Shown here one piece after another: positions 60,724 to 64,000 of a stretch of DNA of 64,000 nucleotides; positions within the stretch are counted from its first letter, which is position 1; the number at the start of each line of letters is the position of its first letter. Origin of the DNA: an uncultured Gemmiger sp. Its GTDB lineage: Bacteria > Bacillota > Clostridia > Oscillospirales > Ruminococcaceae. A model generated the notes under the pieces. That model had not been told where the DNA came from, made no database searches, and saw only the letters and a list, made by a program, of their open reading frames with translations. The DNA is taken from assembly GCA_944388165.1 (NCBI GenBank), contig CALXHS010000027.1, positions 7,957 through 71,956 on the forward strand. Reading direction: 5' to 3'. Made by a program: the position numbers and the translations under genes.

Positions 60724-63096
60724 ATGAAACCGGGTGTGAATTTCCGGGCAAACAGCTTCCTGGCGGCCGCTTTGGCGGCACTGGCGGCTATGTGCGCGGG
60801 GTTGTACGGCTTTGCCGCCACGGACAGCAGCAGCCAGCTGATCCGGGTGTATGTCTGTGTGGCGGCCGGGATCTTGCTGCAGATCCTGCTGTACCATATT
60901 TTGGTCCGGCTGCAAAGTAAAGGTTTGAAAGGCCTGCCGGACCGGGTTTGGATCACGGTGCCGGCGGCTGCGCTGGTGATCCTGGCAGGAGGTGCTGCGT
61001 TCTGCAGCCGTTTCCCCACCACCGGCGCCTTCGAGGGGCTGCCCTTCTGGCTCATGCTGGCGGGGGTTCTGGTGTTCTTTTTGGTGCTGTGGCCCTGGCT
61101 GAACCGGCCGGCGGCGGCACAGACGGATTGGCAGGCGTGGCTGCCCATTCTGGGAATTTATCTGTTCTCTCTGGCGTGCTATGTGGCGTTCTGCTATGTG
61201 CCCAACCTGCTCAACGGCAGCGGTCACCAGATCCATCATGTGACTGCGGTCACCCAGAGCATTTATAATGCCGCTTTCAGTGAGCCTTATACGGTCCGCA
61301 CCACTGGTGTGTACGGCCACTATGCCATTTTCTTCTGGCCGTTCCTGCATCTGTTCGGCCATAAGCCGGAAACGATCGCCATTATGCTCACGGTGTGCGG
61401 TGCGGCGGTCCAGACGCTGATCACGGCGCTCCTGCTCAAAACGGTGCGCTCCAAAGCCCTGGTGGTGCTGGCGGTACTGGCCAGCGCAAACTTGACGGCC
61501 AACGGGGAAGACGCCTACCTCCAGGTGTTCCCGCTGCGCCATCTGTGGCCCCTGGCTGTTCTGCTGCTGACGGTCCATTGCCTGCAAAAAGGCGGTTTTA
61601 CGCTGAAACGGCTGGTTATTGGTTATGTGCTGTGCAGCCTGTCCATTGTCTGGAACACAGACAGCGGTCTGGTGACTACGGTTGCTTTTACGGCTTTTGT
61701 GTGGATCTGGCACTGGCAGACCCGCAACCCTTGGGACCGGTCCATGGTCAGGGTCTATGCCGGGACTGTCGCTGGAATGATCGGCGCAGTGCTGGGAATG
61801 ATGGCGATCATCAATCTGTATAATCTTGCCTGCGGCGGCCAGCTCCTTCTGCGGGGCTGCTTCTTCCCGCTGATCGGCGGCGACGGGTATACCCAGATGC
61901 TGGCCGAAAACCTGTTGGACAGTGGGGGCATCGGCTGGCTGCTGCCCATTCTGCTGTTTACGGTCAGCATTTTGCTGGGATTGACTGCCACCACCTGGGT
62001 GCCTGTGGAATCCGGGCAGGATCGGCTGCCCCGCCTGTATCTGCTGGTCTTCGGTGTGATGGGCATCGGACAGAGCTATTACTATTTTAACCGCTCCATC
62101 GCCGGAACCGGCTGTATCCAGCCGTATCAGATCCTGTGCATGGCCCTGTTGGCGTCTTACGCGCTGCCGGTGGGTAAGGAAGCGGCGGACCGGCTGTGGA
62201 AAGGTGTTCGTGCCGGCACCGGTATTCTGATGGTTTTTGCACTGTGCGGGCTTTCCTTTTCTGCCATTGTGGGGGTCGTACCCACCTTGAACAAGCGAAT
62301 CGAAAAGGGAACCTACTCCATGCAATCCCTGCTGGATGTGGCGGCGGAAGTGGAAGCAAAGGTCCCGCAGAATACCTATGCCCTGGGGGACTTTACCCAG
62401 GAGATCTACGCCCAGCTGGGATGGGACCCCGGCTATCACCAGAGAGACGTTTCGGACATTGAATGCAACATCCGGAATGCAAAAGCCAAGAACGATGAAA
62501 CGGCGCTGGCCATGCTGGCTGACGTGAACAGTCAGGATGCGGTGCTGATCCATGCGTGGCAGATGGGGGCGATTCTGGACAACAACGAGCTGGTGCCGGA
62601 ATTCGGCATCCCTTCCAGCGAACCGGTGCTGTACTACTGCACCCGCAACGGCGTGATCCCGTCGGCCTTCGATACCACCGAACTGGGCAAAAACTCTCTG
62701 CCTATCTTCCAGACCAAGTCCACCGGCATCAACCGGCGGGATCAGCATTATGAGTTTGAAACACAACCCTATGCAGATATGCTGCTGTCTGCGGATGAGA
62801 TCGCGCAGCGTGGGTTTACTCTTACAGTGACCGTCACGCCGGATATGTTCGAACAAAACGGCCTGGACGGTTTCACTCTGAACCTGATTCTGGAAGGGCA
62901 GGTCGTCGGCACGTTGGACGCTGCGGTTCCCCAGGAAGAAATCGCGACCCTGCAACTGGACGTTCCCGCAGACCGGATGCCTGCCGTTCCGGAGGATGGC
63001 CTGTATCATGTGGAGCTTGTCTGTGAAAGCGACACCGAACCCAAGAGCGGTGCGGTGATGTACAACCTGACCTACGCCGGAGCCCCGGCCGAATAA
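60724..63096 (+). CDS. Very large polytopic membrane protein with C-terminal soluble domain (function unknown)
   Basis: Start ATG 60724 after GAGGAGGAG. 790 aa. At least 14 hydrophobic segments, then a roughly 250-aa soluble C-terminus. Confidence 0.5.
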   Translation: MKPGVNFRANSFLAAALAALAAMCAGLYGFAATDSSSQLIRVYVCVAAGILLQILLYHILVRLQSKGLKGLPDRVWITVPAAALVILAGGAAFCSRFPTTGAFEGLPFWLMLAGVLVFFLVLWPWLNRPAAAQTDWQAWLPILGIYLFSLACYVAFCYVPNLLNGSGHQIHHVTAVTQSIYNAAFSEPYTVRTTGVYGHYAIFFWPFLHLFGHKPETIAIMLTVCGAAVQTLITALLLKTVRSKALVVLAVLASANLTANGEDAYLQVFPLRHLWPLAVLLLTVHCLQKGGFTLKRLVIGYVLCSLSIVWNTDSGLVTTVAFTAFVWIWHWQTRNPWDRSMVRVYAGTVAGMIGAVLGMMAIINLYNLACGGQLLLRGCFFPLIGGDGYTQMLAENLLDSGGIGWLLPILLFTVSILLGLTATTWVPVESGQDRLPRLYLLVFGVMGIGQSYYYFNRSIAGTGCIQPYQILCMALLASYALPVGKEAADRLWKGVRAGTGILMVFALCGLSFSAIVGVVPTLNKRIEKGTYSMQSLLDVAAEVEAKVPQNTYALGDFTQEIYAQLGWDPGYHQRDVSDIECNIRNAKAKNDETALAMLADVNSQDAVLIHAWQMGAILDNNELVPEFGIPSSEPVLYYCTRNGVIPSAFDTTELGKNSLPIFQTKSTGINRRDQHYEFETQPYADMLLSADEIAQRGFTLTVTVTPDMFEQNGLDGFTLNLILEGQVVGTLDAAVPQEEIATLQLDVPADRMPAVPEDGLYHVELVCESDTEPKSGAVMYNLTYAGAPAE

Positions 63097-63141
63097 ACAG
63101 TGACCGCCCTGACGGGGCGTTCGAAAAACAAGGAGGCACCT

Positions 63142-64000
63142 ATGCAGAAAAACTGGTCCAACGAAGCCGAAGCTCGTGAGCAGATCAAAGAGCTGGTGGC
63201 GCAGTATTACCATGACTTCAAAGAGAAAAAAGAGGAATTCAAGCCCGGCGACCGCATCACCTATGCGTCCCGCGTTTTTGACGAGAAGGAGATGTGCGCC
63301 CTCACCGACGCCACTCTGGATTTCTGGCTGACCACCGGCCGCTTTGCTGATGAGTTCGAGAAGGAATTTGCCAAGTGGATCGGCGTGCGGTTCGCCAACC
63401 TGGTCAACAGCGGTTCCTCCGCCAACCTCATCGCCTTCATGGCTCTGACTGCCCCCGAACTGGGCGACCGCCAGATCAAGAAGGGCGACGAGATCATCAC
63501 GGTGGCCTGCGGCTTCCCCACCACCGTCACCCCGGCGCTGCAGTACGGCGCCGTGCCGGTGTTCGTGGACGTGACCGTGCCCCAGTACAACATCGACGTG
63601 ACCAAGCTGGAAGCAGCTCTGTCCCCCAAGACCAAGGCCGTCATGATCGCCCACACCCTGGGCAATCCCTTCGACCTGAGCGCCGTCAAGGCCTTCTGCG
63701 ATGCCCACAACCTCTGGCTGGTGGAAGACAACTGCGATGCTCTGGGCACCCAGTACACCATCAACGGCGAGACCCGGTTCAGCGGCACCTGGGGCGATAT
63801 CGGCACTTCCAGCTTCTATCCGCCTCACCACATGACCATGGGCGAGGGCGGCTGTGTCTACACCAACGACCCGCTGCTCAACCGTCTCATCAAGAGCTAC
63901 CGCGACTGGGGCCGGGACTGCGTCTGCCCCTCCGGCCACGACAACTTCTGCGGCCACCGCTTTGACGGCCAGTACGGCGAACTGCCTGCCGGCTATGACC
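63142..64000 (+). CDS. rfbH: CDP-6-deoxy-L-threo-D-glycero-4-hexulose-3-dehydrase (RfbH/DdhC, E1), 5' part; runs off the window end
   Basis: Open frame from ATG 63142 (RBS AAGGAGG) to the window end. ...[11 protein letters not shown]...VNSGSSANL...[10 protein letters not shown]...[13 protein letters not shown] (His replaces the usual PLP Lys) ...[16 protein letters not shown] (Fe-S Cys motif). Typical RfbH. Confidence 0.85.
   Translation, partial: MQKNWSNEAEAREQIKELVAQYYHDFKEKKEEFKPGDRITYASRVFDEKEMCALTDATLDFWLTTGRFADEFEKEFAKWIGVRFANLVNSGSSANLIAFMALTAPELGDRQIKKGDEIITVACGFPTTVTPALQYGAVPVFVDVTVPQYNIDVTKLEAALSPKTKAVMIAHTLGNPFDLSAVKAFCDAHNLWLVEDNCDALGTQYTINGETRFSGTWGDIGTSSFYPPHHMTMGEGGCVYTNDPLLNRLIKSYRDWGRDCVCPSGHDNFCGHRFDGQYGELPAGYD

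Noticed and set aside
60670-63957. 1095-aa reverse-strand ORF spanning two forward genes
   Set aside because: It is antisense to two well-supported forward genes: the membrane protein with a GAGGAGG RBS, and RfbH. Its translation is a low-complexity Gly/Arg/Pro/His/Gln-rich string. There is no RBS. It is a typical shadow ORF of high-GC DNA.
1-64000. rRNA, tRNA, tmRNA, CRISPR arrays, IS elements or transposases
   Set aside because: None were recognised. All intergenic gaps are under 430 bp, and I could fold no cloverleaf-like sequence or find terminal inverted repeats with a transposase ORF. This was a visual scan only, so tRNAscan, Infernal and ISfinder would be decisive.

Overview
High-GC window (hand counts: 46/60 G+C in the line starting 43681). 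AGGAGG-type ribosome-binding sites, DegV, a SpoVK-like AAA+ protein, desulfoferrodoxin and Rex-type operators point to an anaerobic Firmicute, probably Clostridia. That taxon call is inference only. I support about 65 protein-coding genes and found no rRNA, tRNA or CRISPR array by eye.

Layout:
- 0-30 kb: housekeeping and envelope genes (prfC, HtrA-like protease, MATE, Amt-PII fusion, CorA, TspO, RumA-type methyltransferase, desulfoferrodoxin, NifU-like + GGGtGRT pair, Fe-alcohol dehydrogenase). It also holds a translationally coupled cassette at 2.8-7.4 kb: radical-SAM/SPASM enzyme, membrane protein with a cytoplasmic Cys-Ala repeat tail, tandem AAA+ ATPase.
- 30.4-36.2 kb: an orphan XRE/ImmA pair, then glycan genes (DegT aminotransferase, FdtA-like isomerase, ABC-2 exporter) and cardiolipin synthase.
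- 36.25-50.9 kb: a compact co-directional phage-derived head-tail-lysis cluster. It has no integrase, repressor or replication genes, only a C-terminal-fragment-sized small terminase, and no scaffold or protease. I flag it as a candidate gene-transfer-agent-like or domesticated particle locus; this is the most interesting feature.
- 51-64 kb: a second, mosaic glycan locus. It includes an AT-rich block with a MenD-like ThDP enzyme and Wzx, a pyruvyl transferase, a GT2, RfbF/RfbG/RfbH for a CDP-3,6-dideoxyhexose, and two very large polytopic membrane proteins.

Many long ORFs in the track are antisense shadows typical of high-GC DNA and were rejected. All family names come from motif recognition by eye, not database searches.
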